DNA of 47,774 bases from an uncultured Gammaproteobacteria bacterium (GTDB taxonomy: Bacteria > Pseudomonadota > Gammaproteobacteria > Pseudomonadales > Azotimanducaceae): contig CAJWCW010000001.1 in the NCBI GenBank assembly GCA_913030615.1, forward strand, positions 1 through 47,774, given 5' to 3'. The notes beneath the pieces were generated by a model. That model searched no databases. It saw nothing but the letters and a program-made list of their open reading frames with translations, and was not told the origin of the DNA. Below, piece by piece: positions 1 to 9,555 of the stretch. The position numbers and the translations under genes were made by a program. Within the stretch, counting starts at the first letter, position 1. Each line of letters starts with the position of its first letter.

Positions 1-799
1 TCGCGAGGTTTTTTCAGGAAGCGAAATACAAGAATTGCGCGATGCCGCCGCAGAAGTTCTATCGAGTCCAACACCGGGTACACCCGGTGTAGGCTTTGAT
101 CCCTGGACGAAAACGCCGGGCGATGAAATTAATCCGAATCGGGTGACCTACCTTAACGATATTTTTTTGATGCACGAAAGATTCGACGTGCATATGCGTA
201 CTAGTACGCTGACGCAAGTCTTTTGTGACCTTTACGGTCCGGATCTCAACGGATTTCAATCGGCTGCCGTGATTAAGACGCCTCAGCTGAACAACGATTT
301 TCATGGTTGGCACCAAGACGCACCGGACTACGTCCCGCTGTCAAATTACAAGAACGGTTGTGCCATTACCTATCTCCATGCGATGGGTCCAGATACTGGT
401 GGAACGTCACTCGTGCCCGAAAGTCACCGTGACGGTGTGTTTGAGCGAGGTTACGAGACTGTCGACGGATGGCCCGTGAAAAAACGTGTAATTGTTGGGT
501 TCGAGGCGTATGAGGAGCGTGCCACCGCCCCGGAATTTAAACCGGGGGATGTCTTAGTTTTTGACTCTTGGCTGATGCATCGAGCCAATTCGAACTATAC
601 GGACGAGAGCAAGGTGGGCCTGATCAATGTCTACCAGGCGAAGGATTGCATCGACCTTGAGAACCGCAATGCGTTTGGACCGGCGAACCTGCCTATCACT
701 CGGTCCGGTAATGTCTTGTCACCCGAAGAGAGCCGCCGAATGCGAGACGAAGAGACCACCGAGAGAAATGCCGTGGTTGAAGAACCCGGGGCTCGATAG
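1..799 (+). CDS. Phytanoyl-CoA dioxygenase (PhyH) family Fe(II)/2OG oxygenase, 5' end outside window
   Basis: The frame is open from position 2 (REVFSGSEIQELRDAAAEVL...), so the track start at 35 is an internal TTG. HxD...H pattern WHQDAPDY ... LMHRANSN. TAG stop at 797-799. Confidence 0.8.
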   Translation, partial: REVFSGSEIQELRDAAAEVLSSPTPGTPGVGFDPWTKTPGDEINPNRVTYLNDIFLMHERFDVHMRTSTLTQVFCDLYGPDLNGFQSAAVIKTPQLNNDFHGWHQDAPDYVPLSNYKNGCAITYLHAMGPDTGGTSLVPESHRDGVFERGYETVDGWPVKKRVIVGFEAYEERATAPEFKPGDVLVFDSWLMHRANSNYTDESKVGLINVYQAKDCIDLENRNAFGPANLPITRSGNVLSPEESRRMRDEETTERNAVVEEPGAR

Positions 800-817
800 C
801 TGCTTGAGGATTCATTA

Positions 818-1930
818 ATGTCGCGCTCCATCGATGAACTTGTTGAAGCTATTCAAACTCATGAAGTGGAACTTAACCGGACCGCCATGGAAGCGGATCA
901 GCTCGGAGCCGCCCCGGCATCGTTGGTGGACATCATGCGGACGATTAGAGTGCCCATGGTCAAGGTTCCAGCCGAGGCAGGTGGCGATAATTTGACCCTA
1001 TCCGAACAGGTGGAATTTTTCGCGGCACTTTCGTACGTGAATGCCACGGCCGGTTGGGTTGGGTTTAATCATGCGGGTGCCGCGAGTGCTGCCGCGGCGA
1101 AATTACCGGCGAAGGGTTTTGCCGAAGTATTTGGTGACGATGCCGTGCCATTTTTCGCCGGCGTTGCTGCACCAACCGGGCAGTACAAGACGGCCGATGA
1201 CGGTGTCGTGGTCAGTGGAAGATGGAAATTCGCTAGCGGATGTACCCATGCCGAGTGGGCCTTGTTAACGACGGTTGAAGTGGATGGTGGCGGCGGTATT
1301 TGTTCAGTTGTAATTCCGCAATCCGAGTTCGATGTTACGGGTGAATGGAATGTCATGGCGTTGAAAGGGACGGGGAGTCTTGATATTGAGTGCGACGACG
1401 TGTTCGTTCCTCTCCATCGAACCATTGAGGCGCAGAGCAATCCTGAACGTGGAGGACCTGAATACGCGATTCCTTACCCAGCATATGTCGCCGGGGAGAA
1501 TTTAGGCTTTACGCTTGGGGTTACCGAACGTTTTGTCGACGAGGCGATCCTCTACGCGAAGTCGAAATCACGAGGGTTTGGTTCACCGCTGGCGCGCAGG
1601 GGCGCGTTTGAATACGAGATTGGTAAAGCGCGAATGCAAATTGCGTCGGTACGCGCGTTAGGCATCGACACCATGACGAAAGCTTGGGACCAATGCCAGT
1701 CGCTGGGGATCATTGATAACCAGGGTATTGGTGGGATGATGGCTTGTGTGGCTTACGGCAGTGAACTTTGCGCTGAGGTCGTGTCTCACCTCTATCATTT
1801 CTTGGGTGCGTCGGCGATATTCGAGGGCAGTGTTCTCGCGCGCTGTTTTCGTGATGTACATGGATCGGTTCAACATCTAGTTGCGAGCAATGAGGCGTAC
1901 GATCGATTGGGTAACGATATTCTGACGTAG
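818..1930 (+). CDS. Acyl-CoA dehydrogenase-fold flavoprotein (ACAD type-2 / flavin monooxygenase oxygenase-component-like)
   Basis: 370-aa ORF. ATG at 818 with GAGGA 7 nt upstream. Layout and motifs (GWVGFNHAGA, SGRWKFASGC, helical C-terminal domain) resemble the ACAD fold. Family call is from memory only. Confidence 0.65.
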   Translation: MSRSIDELVEAIQTHEVELNRTAMEADQLGAAPASLVDIMRTIRVPMVKVPAEAGGDNLTLSEQVEFFAALSYVNATAGWVGFNHAGAASAAAAKLPAKGFAEVFGDDAVPFFAGVAAPTGQYKTADDGVVVSGRWKFASGCTHAEWALLTTVEVDGGGGICSVVIPQSEFDVTGEWNVMALKGTGSLDIECDDVFVPLHRTIEAQSNPERGGPEYAIPYPAYVAGENLGFTLGVTERFVDEAILYAKSKSRGFGSPLARRGAFEYEIGKARMQIASVRALGIDTMTKAWDQCQSLGIIDNQGIGGMMACVAYGSELCAEVVSHLYHFLGASAIFEGSVLARCFRDVHGSVQHLVASNEAYDRLGNDILT

Positions 1931-1963
1931 TTGCGTGCGTGACCCGGGTGATCCGAACCTTGC

Positions 1964-2929
1964 CTACAGGGTGGTTAGCGTAATGGCCGCCGTAGAAAAC
2001 ATGGTCACACTGAGTAGAAGGCCGTAGACGGCGGTCAGTGCAATGAACTTGATCGACGTTTTTAGCCAGGACTGGCGGTAGTACCGTCGTAGCGACAGGA
2101 AGTGGTAGACAAAGTACGCGAAGACCAAACCGGTTTGCAGCCAAAGCAACGCGGAGCTCGGACCGTTTCCTTGGGCGTTGACCAATGCGATACAGGCCAA
2201 CGTGGTTAAGACGAGAAAACCGACGCTATGCAAGTGCATCGAGAAAACCAAGTGTTCGATGTAGTAACGACGGCTAACACCGAGATAGAAAAGCTTCAGC
2301 ACCAGTGCGTACAACGGCAGGAATACGAAAATCGCGAGAGCGACGTTGTCGAGTAACACTTCAAACGTTCTTTTTGGCGAGACCAATGCGTCGACAACCA
2401 AAGGCAATAGAACGCTCGTGGGGTCCGAGTTTTTCAATTCGTCATCGGAATCGATAAGAGCGGCCCACTGCAAGAGAATGAGTCGTCCGACGCTGCCATT
2501 CCGTGCTTCAATCAAGGCGACCTTTGCTTGGTACTCGGCATCTAGATAGACGTTGAGCGGGCGCGTGTCGGCTTGAGCCGCGACGTCGGGTAGCTCGAAG
2601 TCGACAACCCTTGCCGTTTCCGAACGCGACCCAGCGCTGAACGCGAAGACAAAGAAAAAAAGCAGGCTGGTAAATAAGTACAGCCGTATAGCGGGAACGT
2701 ATCGAGCGCGCCGATTCGAGCTGAATTCCCGAGAAAGCTCCCCGGGCTTTAGGAGCAACAACTTAAGTGTATTCGCAAATCGCCCGTCGAAATGAAAACT
2801 TTCTTCGAGCACGTCGGCAAAAATAGACGGAAATGCTCGACGGTAGTCGCGCCCATCTTGGCCACATTGTGTGCAATACGGTCCGACTTTCTCAGCGAAG
2901 CAATTCGGACAGACAGGGTTAGGTTCTAT
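1964..2929 (-). CDS. DUF3667-type zinc-ribbon membrane protein (canonical-start ORF is only 1964..2812)
   Basis: The track ORF starts at GTG 2812. The same frame stays open upstream and encodes CPNCFAEKVGPYCTQCGQ, the family's N-terminal zinc ribbon. This is followed by LLLKPGELSREF...RYVPAIRLYLF and 4-5 TM segments. No ATG/GTG/TTG lies upstream. ATA at 2929..2927 with GAGGAA 6 nt upstream is my best start guess. Confidence 0.6.
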   Translation of the reverse strand: MEPNPVCPNCFAEKVGPYCTQCGQDGRDYRRAFPSIFADVLEESFHFDGRFANTLKLLLLKPGELSREFSSNRRARYVPAIRLYLFTSLLFFFVFAFSAGSRSETARVVDFELPDVAAQADTRPLNVYLDAEYQAKVALIEARNGSVGRLILLQWAALIDSDDELKNSDPTSVLLPLVVDALVSPKRTFEVLLDNVALAIFVFLPLYALVLKLFYLGVSRRYYIEHLVFSMHLHSVGFLVLTTLACIALVNAQGNGPSSALLWLQTGLVFAYFVYHFLSLRRYYRQSWLKTSIKFIALTAVYGLLLSVTMFSTAAITLTTL

Positions 2930-3022
2930 CGTTGTTTCCTCGCATGTGACCTCGTCTGCAGGCGCATGATACGCGGTCGTTAAACTAGATACGGATTTCT
3001 GGGTAGCGGCTTTAAGGTCGAA

Positions 3023-3835
3023 TCAGTTGATTGCTGGATTCTTCCGATAGAGATCTCGGATGTAGGGTTTTGCTTTACCCGCGTACGTTGGGTGTAGCGC
3101 TTTGACTCGGGTAGCGTTTACGACCGGCCAGTCAGCGGGTATTTTCTGGATCTTCGCCACCATTTGTGCCTTGACCCGGTCGGGTAGCGTGGCGTAGTCC
3201 GGCTGAAACCACAACGTGATGACCGTCCTCCATTCCGAGGACTTGTTGGCGTAGGCAGCGTGTAGCAGACGCGCGTCCCCGATCACGACGTCGCCCGCTC
3301 GGACGGGAACATCTACTTCATCAGGCCTTATTGAAAAGGCGAGTTGATCGAGATCCTCGGCGCGAGAAAGCATGCCCGAATGTGGATTATCGATGTGTTC
3401 GTGCAGCACGTTGTGGTGCCGATGCGAACCAGGAATGACGCGCAAACATCCATTGGCAACGGATGTATTCGAGAGGTAATACATCAAGAACACTTGTTGT
3501 GGCGATGTGTCGTAGGCTCTGGGGTCCTGCCAGGCGAACCAGTCGTAATGCCAGAACAACGGGGGACTTTGGGGCGGCTTGCTGATGATGTAGCCATCAG
3601 TAAACGTGGGATTCTCGAACCCCATCGAAGAAAGTCGATCGAGCGCAGGCGACCATGAGATTAGATCGGCAAATAGCGGGTGGGCCATGGCGCTCCGCAT
3701 TTCACCCTGGGCACGATGTGCCGTGCTCGGCCCGACGGGATCGCTTTGTTGAAGTTGCGTGACGACGTCGCATAGTTGTGACAGAAAGGGACGAGTAAGA
3801 ATGTCTTCAAAGACGCAATATCCCTCGTTAATCAA
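3023..3835 (-). CDS. Phytanoyl-CoA dioxygenase (PhyH) family Fe(II)/2OG oxygenase
   Basis: 270 aa. WHYDW (HxD), GCLRVIPGSHR, LLHAAYANKS. TTG start at 3835. The frame is open for 14 more codons upstream (see finding). TGA stop. Confidence 0.8.
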   Translation of the reverse strand: MINEGYCVFEDILTRPFLSQLCDVVTQLQQSDPVGPSTAHRAQGEMRSAMAHPLFADLISWSPALDRLSSMGFENPTFTDGYIISKPPQSPPLFWHYDWFAWQDPRAYDTSPQQVFLMYYLSNTSVANGCLRVIPGSHRHHNVLHEHIDNPHSGMLSRAEDLDQLAFSIRPDEVDVPVRAGDVVIGDARLLHAAYANKSSEWRTVITLWFQPDYATLPDRVKAQMVAKIQKIPADWPVVNATRVKALHPTYAGKAKPYIRDLYRKNPAIN

Positions 3836-3895
3836 ACGCGACGATTGAATCGTTTCGGTATTCAGGAACGTAACCTGTTAGAAAATAGTTGCGTC

Positions 3896-4264
3896 TTACG
3901 CGTTCGTGCTTTCATAAAAGCTGAGCAGCACGACCACAACGAGGACGACGCCGGCGGCGACCAACCACTTATTAAGACGTGGCGACGATGTTTGAACAGG
4001 GGCGCTTGAAGGTATCGCCTGCAGATTTACGCTTCGATCCGGTGTGCGGTCTTGGGGCTCGTGTATTTCGGGTACTGGTTCGTCGACATCGTTGCTTTGA
4101 TCGGCCGACCCCTCTGGGTCGTGAACTTTCGATCCGGCGCCGTACCAGTCAATTCGATCGTCGCGATTGGTTTGTTTCGCGGAAGCCTTAAAACGAAGCA
4201 GATAGAAGAACATAAACGCGGAAGCGGCTCCGAGAACGCCAACTAAAATGGTGGACGCTGACAC
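3896..4264 (-). CDS. Hypothetical small membrane protein (two terminal TM segments, acidic linker)
   Basis: This is the C-terminal part of track ORF 3896..4468. The long version overlaps the upstream gene. GTG at 4264 lies 3 nt after the BI-1 stop. Hydrophobic ends STILVGVLGAASAFMFFYLL and WLVAAGVVLVVVVLL. No family recognised. Confidence 0.3.
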   Translation of the reverse strand: MSASTILVGVLGAASAFMFFYLLRFKASAKQTNRDDRIDWYGAGSKVHDPEGSADQSNDVDEPVPEIHEPQDRTPDRSVNLQAIPSSAPVQTSSPRLNKWLVAAGVVLVVVVLLSFYESTNA

Positions 4265-4266
4265 AG

Positions 4267-5094
4267 CTACCGCGAACGAAGTTTGGCGAGGAGCCGGAGA
4301 ATTTCGATGTAGAGCCATATGAGGGTCATCACCAGCGCCATCGCTCCGAACCATTCGATGTATTTTGGTGCACCTCGTTCCGCTCCTTGCTCGATGATGT
4401 CGAAGTCGAGGACAAGGTTCAACGCGGCGATGGCTACGACCAGGAGACTGAATCCAATGCCCATCCAACCGTTGTCGGTAAGGACAAAAAATACGTTGCC
4501 GGTCACCAACGTATAGACAAGGTTGGCAAGGTACGTGAGAACAATGCCCATCGTGGCTGCAAACAGCATCAACAGGAAATTTCGATCGGGTTTGATGATG
4601 CCGGTTTTATAGGCTAGTAGCATCGACGTCGCGACGAAGAATGTGAGCGAAACAGCCTGGAGCACGATTCCAGGGAATTGCGCCTCGAAAGTTTGCGAAA
4701 TCAATCCGACCGCAAAGCCCATGCCAAGGGCGTAGATGGGTGCTGTTTTGGGGGCGAGATGGGGTCTTGGTTTCAAGATCCATCCGACGAAGAAGAAATA
4801 AAACCCAAACGTTGCAATCGCGGCAATAAACGCGGCCCCGATACCGATCATCGAAATCAAGCCCATGGCCGGCGTTTGGATATTCCAGCTCAACCCCGCA
4901 GTTAACACCGTCATCGCGAGGAGCATGCTGGTCTTGTTGACCGCTCCTTGGAGCGTCATTTTTTCGTCACCGGGGGCTGCTGTGGAATCGAATGCATTGG
5001 ACCGGATGAGTGGGTTTCCGGATCGCCCGAACGTATCTAAGGCAGCGTGTCTGGACATCGTTAAGCCCGTACGAAAAGCGCGATTATATCGCAC
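4267..5094 (-). CDS. Bax inhibitor-1/YccA-like (BaxI_1) integral membrane protein
   Basis: N-terminal GRSGNPLIRSNAF...MTLQGAVNKTSMLL followed by about 7 TM segments, typical of the BaxI_1 family. The start may be ATG 5058 instead of GTG 5094. Confidence 0.75.
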   Translation of the reverse strand: MRYNRAFRTGLTMSRHAALDTFGRSGNPLIRSNAFDSTAAPGDEKMTLQGAVNKTSMLLAMTVLTAGLSWNIQTPAMGLISMIGIGAAFIAAIATFGFYFFFVGWILKPRPHLAPKTAPIYALGMGFAVGLISQTFEAQFPGIVLQAVSLTFFVATSMLLAYKTGIIKPDRNFLLMLFAATMGIVLTYLANLVYTLVTGNVFFVLTDNGWMGIGFSLLVVAIAALNLVLDFDIIEQGAERGAPKYIEWFGAMALVMTLIWLYIEILRLLAKLRSR

Positions 5095-5275
5095 CGAGCG
5101 ACGAACGAATTCGTGTTGTTACTACCTCCTTTTCGTTTGATGCGGGCCGCACTTGGACCTAACCCAAAGTGACATCGACGTACAGATCGATAATATTGGG
5201 GTTTATGCAGCACGTGGTTGTGGCAGGCCACGACCACGTCGAAGTTGAATGACCGTTTGAGCGTAGAAGAGTGAG

Positions 5276-6013
5276 ATGCAGTTCGGAATAAAAACCGTGG
5301 TTGTTGCCGTCGTATTAAGCGTCGCCTTGGTATCGTGGTCGGCGGAAAGCGAGCTGTTTCCGAACATTCGAAAAGCACGCAAAGAAGCACAGAAATCTGA
5401 TCCGTCTTCGGTCGTCGTCGATGAAGAAATGATCGTTACCGCACCGAAGCCAAAACGAGGACATGTGCCACAGTTTGAATATCTTTTAGAGACGTATAAG
5501 GCACGAAGCAAAGGTTCGCTTCTATACCGTCAGGGAAAGTACGCGGAAGCTTTTCCGTACCTGCTGGTCGCCGCAAAGCGAGGATTTAAACTTGCCCAAG
5601 CCCGGGTAGGCTTTTTATTTCAACAAGGTCTGGGTACTGAGAGGGACGGTGAGGCGGCCATTGCATGGCTCGCACTCAGTTCCACGCCCGACACACTACC
5701 CGAGATTCGAAATTATTTTCGCCAGCAGTGGGCGAAGATTCCTCCCGAGTACTTGCCGTATCTCGAGGAAGTTATCGAAGAATACCGGGAAGAGTTTGGC
5801 GATCGTGAAAACCGAGTCGTGTGTGATATGTCGAGGAAAGCGGGTACCCACTTTGGAAAACTGACGTGTCGCTTTATGGATGAATCGTTCTATCAGGATT
5901 TCAGTGAAGCAATCAATTCTGATGAAGCGATTCCGCAAATTGGCGGCGGCGGTGCGAGTGGTTCCCAGTCGCAGGGAGGTGGTTATCCCGGTAGTGGGGG
6001 TGCTGGACAATAG
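5276..6013 (+). CDS. Sel1-repeat (TPR-like) exported protein with Gly-rich C-terminus
   Basis: Signal-like N-terminus MQFGIKTVVVAVVLSVALVSWSAE. Sel1-type repeats (YAEAFPYLLVAAKRGFKLAQARVGFLFQQGLGTERDGEAAIAWL). C-terminal GGGGASGSQSQGGGYPGSGGAGQ. Confidence 0.7.
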   Translation: MQFGIKTVVVAVVLSVALVSWSAESELFPNIRKARKEAQKSDPSSVVVDEEMIVTAPKPKRGHVPQFEYLLETYKARSKGSLLYRQGKYAEAFPYLLVAAKRGFKLAQARVGFLFQQGLGTERDGEAAIAWLALSSTPDTLPEIRNYFRQQWAKIPPEYLPYLEEVIEEYREEFGDRENRVVCDMSRKAGTHFGKLTCRFMDESFYQDFSEAINSDEAIPQIGGGGASGSQSQGGGYPGSGGAGQ

Positions 6014-6124
6014 GGTGGTCTACCCTGAAGGCGTTCGTTTCTTGACTAAGCCGAGCGCTGAACGTCCAAGGTCGGTTAAAGTGGTGCGTAATCAAAACCC
6101 GACGGGAGAAAACTAATCGCTACG

Positions 6125-6637
6125 ATGCTTTACGACGTAAGTATAAAAACGTACACGCAGGTTCTTGGGGCGGTGACTAAGTTCCTCGAGAAAGGAAGGG
6201 AACATTGCAACTCGAACGGTATTGATCTCGACGCTGTCGTTGAAACGAGCCTGTATCCGGACATGCTCCCGTTTCGATTTCAGATCGTCTCGGTGGCGCA
6301 TCACTCGCTAGGCGCTATCGAAGGCGTGCAGGCCGGAGTCTTCGGCCCCCCATCGATGGCGGCGGATCTTGACTACGAGGCGTTGCAGGCGATGGCCGGC
6401 GACGCACACGAAAAGATTCAGGCGTATACGCCGGATGTTGTGAATGCGCTCGAAGGGAGTGCCGTGGAGTTCAAAATCGGCGGACAAAGTATGCCGTTTA
6501 TCGCAGAAGACTTTTTGATGTCATTTTCGCTGCCTAATTTTTATTTCCACGCAACGACGGCCTACGACATCCTGCGCATGCAAGGCGTTCCGCTGGGCAA
6601 GCGCGACTTCTTGGGGCAAATGCGACTCAACATGTAA
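6125..6637 (+). CDS. DUF1993 domain protein
   Basis: 170 aa. C-terminal FYFHATTAYDILRMQGVPLGKRDFLG and the overall length match my recollection of the DUF1993 family. Confidence 0.7.
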   Translation: MLYDVSIKTYTQVLGAVTKFLEKGREHCNSNGIDLDAVVETSLYPDMLPFRFQIVSVAHHSLGAIEGVQAGVFGPPSMAADLDYEALQAMAGDAHEKIQAYTPDVVNALEGSAVEFKIGGQSMPFIAEDFLMSFSLPNFYFHATTAYDILRMQGVPLGKRDFLGQMRLNM

Positions 6638-6640
6638 AGG

Positions 6641-6689
6641 GCGAAACGAGCTGAGAGGACAGATCAAAGCCTGTCCTCGCTTCGTTTGG
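6641..6689. terminator. Candidate bidirectional intrinsic terminator between convergent genes
   Basis: Perfect 8-bp stem GAGGACAG (6655-6662) / CTGTCCTC (6671-6678) with an 8-nt loop. It is flanked by partly complementary GAAACGAG / CTTCGTTT, with GTTTGG following. Confidence 0.45.
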
Positions 6690-6714
6690 AATCAATGCGT
6701 CCGATGAGAACTGC

Positions 6715-7137
6715 TTATTTTATCGGATAGTAGACTCCCGTAACCGTCTCCTCGCGGAGGTCCAGTGTCCACTTGACGAAGTTTTGGGCTCCGTTCGAGA
6801 CGTTATCCAGAAAGTGGATGGTGACAAGGTGTCCCGCGCGCGACCAGTTGCCCATAAACGGCGAGCCCACCATAGATCCGTCATCAAGTAATGCGCGCCC
6901 TTGGCCGCCCAGGACGCCTTGGCTCCTATTGCTATCGGAACTCGTGAGTTCGAGCGTGGCCCAGACTTTCCCGTAACCTTCGACGGGTCCACTCGCCGTG
7001 ATGGTCGATCCGGTTTCATGCGAAATGACCGACGTAATACGCATCTCGACGGACGCCGAATCGCCGGAAATCTCGAACGCAAACCCCGAGGTTGTGGTCG
7101 CTAGAAATAGAAGTGCAGCTGCGAATTTCTTGGACAT
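6715..7137 (-). CDS. Hypothetical exported protein
   Basis: 140 aa. Clear signal peptide MSKKFAAALLFLATTTSGFAFE. Beta-rich composition. No family recognised. Confidence 0.55.
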   Translation of the reverse strand: MSKKFAAALLFLATTTSGFAFEISGDSASVEMRITSVISHETGSTITASGPVEGYGKVWATLELTSSDSNRSQGVLGGQGRALLDDGSMVGSPFMGNWSRAGHLVTIHFLDNVSNGAQNFVKWTLDLREETVTGVYYPIK

Positions 7138-7266
7138 TGTCGTGGCCTTCCCTTCATCATTATTGAAGGCGCCATGTTATGGTCGGGGTGTTTATTTGTC
7201 ATGATGCTAGACAGAAAATGTTGTGGCGCTGCATCTTAGGTCGCAGCGTGTGCCAAGATCACGAAG

Positions 7267-8229
7267 ATGCATTTCCACGGGAAAAAGGTTGTCGGATACA
7301 CCGTTGTGTTGCTGCTGGTCGGGATCGTCCTCGGACCTTTTCTGGTGCCTATCCCCGAGCTAGAAGATGTCCTGCCGGTTGCCGAGTTAGCGGGTGAGTC
7401 GGGGGCATTTCTTGATGTCAGGGGCGTTAACGTTTACTACGAGCGACGAGGGTCGGGCCCAACGGCCATCGTTTTACTACACGGTTTTGGCGCAAGTGTG
7501 TTCTCTTGGCGCGAAGTCTTTGCCCCGCTGTCGTCTCGATATACGGTCATCGCATACGACCGCCCTGCGTTTGGGTTCACTGAACGACCGGTGGAGTGGG
7601 GCGAATGGAATCCGTACGGATCCGAAGAGCAAGTGGATCTCTTGCTCGACATGCTCGATCAGATGTCCCTCACAGAAGTTGTTCTTATTGGGAATTCTGC
7701 GGGTGGAACCGTTGCCGCAAAGTTTGCTCTGCGTGCTCCGGAACGAGTTAAAGCGTTGATATTAGTCAGCCCGGCCATCTACACGACGGGCGGCGTGACG
7801 ACATGGCTGAGGCCTTTGTTGCGAACGCCTCAAATGCGGCATCTTGGCCCCAGGTTAGTCAGGGGGATAGCATCGAGCGGCGGCAACCTGATCAATCTGT
7901 CTTGGCACGATCCTTCCCGGATTAACTCCCATATTCTAGAGGGATACCGGCGTCCTCTAAGGGCCGAGAATTGGGATGTCGGTTTGTGGTCCTTCACGTC
8001 GTCGAGTCGACCGTACACGAATCTCTCAGTTGAGCTCGCGGAACTGGATCGACCGATACTCGTTGTGACTGGCGATGACGACCGAGTCGTTCCGACCGAA
8101 GATAGTGAACGGTTAGCTGAGGAAATCGATGCTCAGTTGCGGGTGATTGCGGCATGTGGTCACTTGGCCCAAGAAGAGTGCCCCACGGAATTCTTGCGAG
8201 TTGTCGACGAATTCTTGACCACGATCTAA
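7267..8229 (+). CDS. Alpha/beta-fold hydrolase (membrane-anchored)
   Basis: N-terminal TM segment, HGFGASVFSW oxyanion region, GNSAGG nucleophile elbow, C-terminal CGHLAQEE (His). Confidence 0.85.
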   Translation: MHFHGKKVVGYTVVLLLVGIVLGPFLVPIPELEDVLPVAELAGESGAFLDVRGVNVYYERRGSGPTAIVLLHGFGASVFSWREVFAPLSSRYTVIAYDRPAFGFTERPVEWGEWNPYGSEEQVDLLLDMLDQMSLTEVVLIGNSAGGTVAAKFALRAPERVKALILVSPAIYTTGGVTTWLRPLLRTPQMRHLGPRLVRGIASSGGNLINLSWHDPSRINSHILEGYRRPLRAENWDVGLWSFTSSSRPYTNLSVELAELDRPILVVTGDDDRVVPTEDSERLAEEIDAQLRVIAACGHLAQEECPTEFLRVVDEFLTTI

Positions 8230-8235
8230 TGAAAC

Positions 8236-9126
8236 TTGAAATCTGCGGTGCGGAGGCGGGATTTGGGCATTGATGGTTGGTTGGAACGCATAGAATCAGG
8301 TTCGATCGCACCGGTCATCTCGGATACCGAAGCCGCGTGGCGCGACACGTGGTTGAAGTACAAGGTGGACGAACTCGATTCGGCATCGATGGCCTTCGTG
8401 GGGGGCGCGTTGGCGGATCGATTGGCCTGGGTATTTCACTCAGGCTATCAAGCGATGATGCATCGCGCCTTCCCGTTTTGTCCCAAGGGCGGTTGGACGA
8501 GCTATTTAGTGGCCGAGGATCGCTCCGGTGCGTATCCCGCTACCGTCCTAGAGAAAACGACCGAAGGGAATCGGTTGTCGGGCTACAAGAGCTGGGTTGC
8601 GGCATCGGATCATGTTGATCACATGGTGGTTCGTTCATTTTGCGAAGATCACAACGAATACGTCTTGGTTGAGCGCGAAGCCCAGGGTGTTGGTTTGTCG
8701 AGTCGTGAATCGCCCGGCTTTCTCCCGGAGCTAAGCCAAGGGTTTGCGGCCTTTGATAACGTCGCCGTTAGCGAAGAGCAATTGTTCTCTCAGGAGGACT
8801 TGTCCAGCAATTTCTTGGGGGAGGAGCCGTACCACGTGTTGCTGGCGCTTGCCGCTTATATGGCTACGCAAACGGCTACGTATGGTGGTCCGTTGACCGC
8901 TGAGATCGTTGCCCCGATCCATCTGGCTCGTCAATTAGCTGAGAAAAAAGTCAAGGGCGATAAATTTATGAAGGGCGTGGCTCTACTCGATAAGGCAACC
9001 ACCAGAGCGGCTTTTCAATTCGGGCAATTTATCGAGCGTGAAAATAAGGAATTATTTCTCCGTTGGGAAAGGGACAAGCGTCTGGTCGAGATGTTCACAC
9101 GAGGATTGGAGAAAAGGACGAAATAG
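8236..9126 (+). CDS. Divergent acyl-CoA dehydrogenase-like protein
   Basis: 296 aa. The middle-domain-like segment GNRLSGYKSWVAASDHVDHMVV...VLVEREAQGVGLS...FDNVAVSEEQL resembles ACAD. The start is uncertain (TTG 8236). Confidence 0.5.
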   Translation: MKSAVRRRDLGIDGWLERIESGSIAPVISDTEAAWRDTWLKYKVDELDSASMAFVGGALADRLAWVFHSGYQAMMHRAFPFCPKGGWTSYLVAEDRSGAYPATVLEKTTEGNRLSGYKSWVAASDHVDHMVVRSFCEDHNEYVLVEREAQGVGLSSRESPGFLPELSQGFAAFDNVAVSEEQLFSQEDLSSNFLGEEPYHVLLALAAYMATQTATYGGPLTAEIVAPIHLARQLAEKKVKGDKFMKGVALLDKATTRAAFQFGQFIERENKELFLRWERDKRLVEMFTRGLEKRTK

Positions 9127-9555
9127 GTTCGTGAAAGAGGTGGTGTGCGGATGTGGGCAGCGACGGAAAGGACCGCGCGGTCGTTAACGGGGCTCGGGTG
9201 GTAGAGACTCGAAACATTGTCGACGGGTTCGCCTCGGTTGTTCGTCTGCGTTGGGCGGTCACCGGCCCAGATCCACCTTGGTTAATGCGAATTCGCGTTC
9301 TTGATTCTCTTGATAGCACCAACAAGCGGAATTTTACGACGAGTCGAAACGCGCATGTTCGCTTCAAGACTATTTGTTGTAGGGCTAATTGATCTTGCGG
9401 AAAACGTTCATATTTGGAATATGCTGTAGGACTATCGGTAGCTATCAGGACAGCAGGTGACTAGGGCCAGTTCGACGATATCCCTCAATCATGTTCTCGT
9501 AAAAGCGACGCTCTTAGGAACCCTAATGGTCTCTCTAAATGACGCTAGGGTTCGG

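Noticed and set aside
3896-4468. The full 190-aa version of ORF 3896..4468
   Set aside because: Its first about 68 codons overlap the 3' end of the BI-1 gene in another frame and are Arg/His-rich. Only the part downstream of the BI-1 stop looks like a membrane protein.
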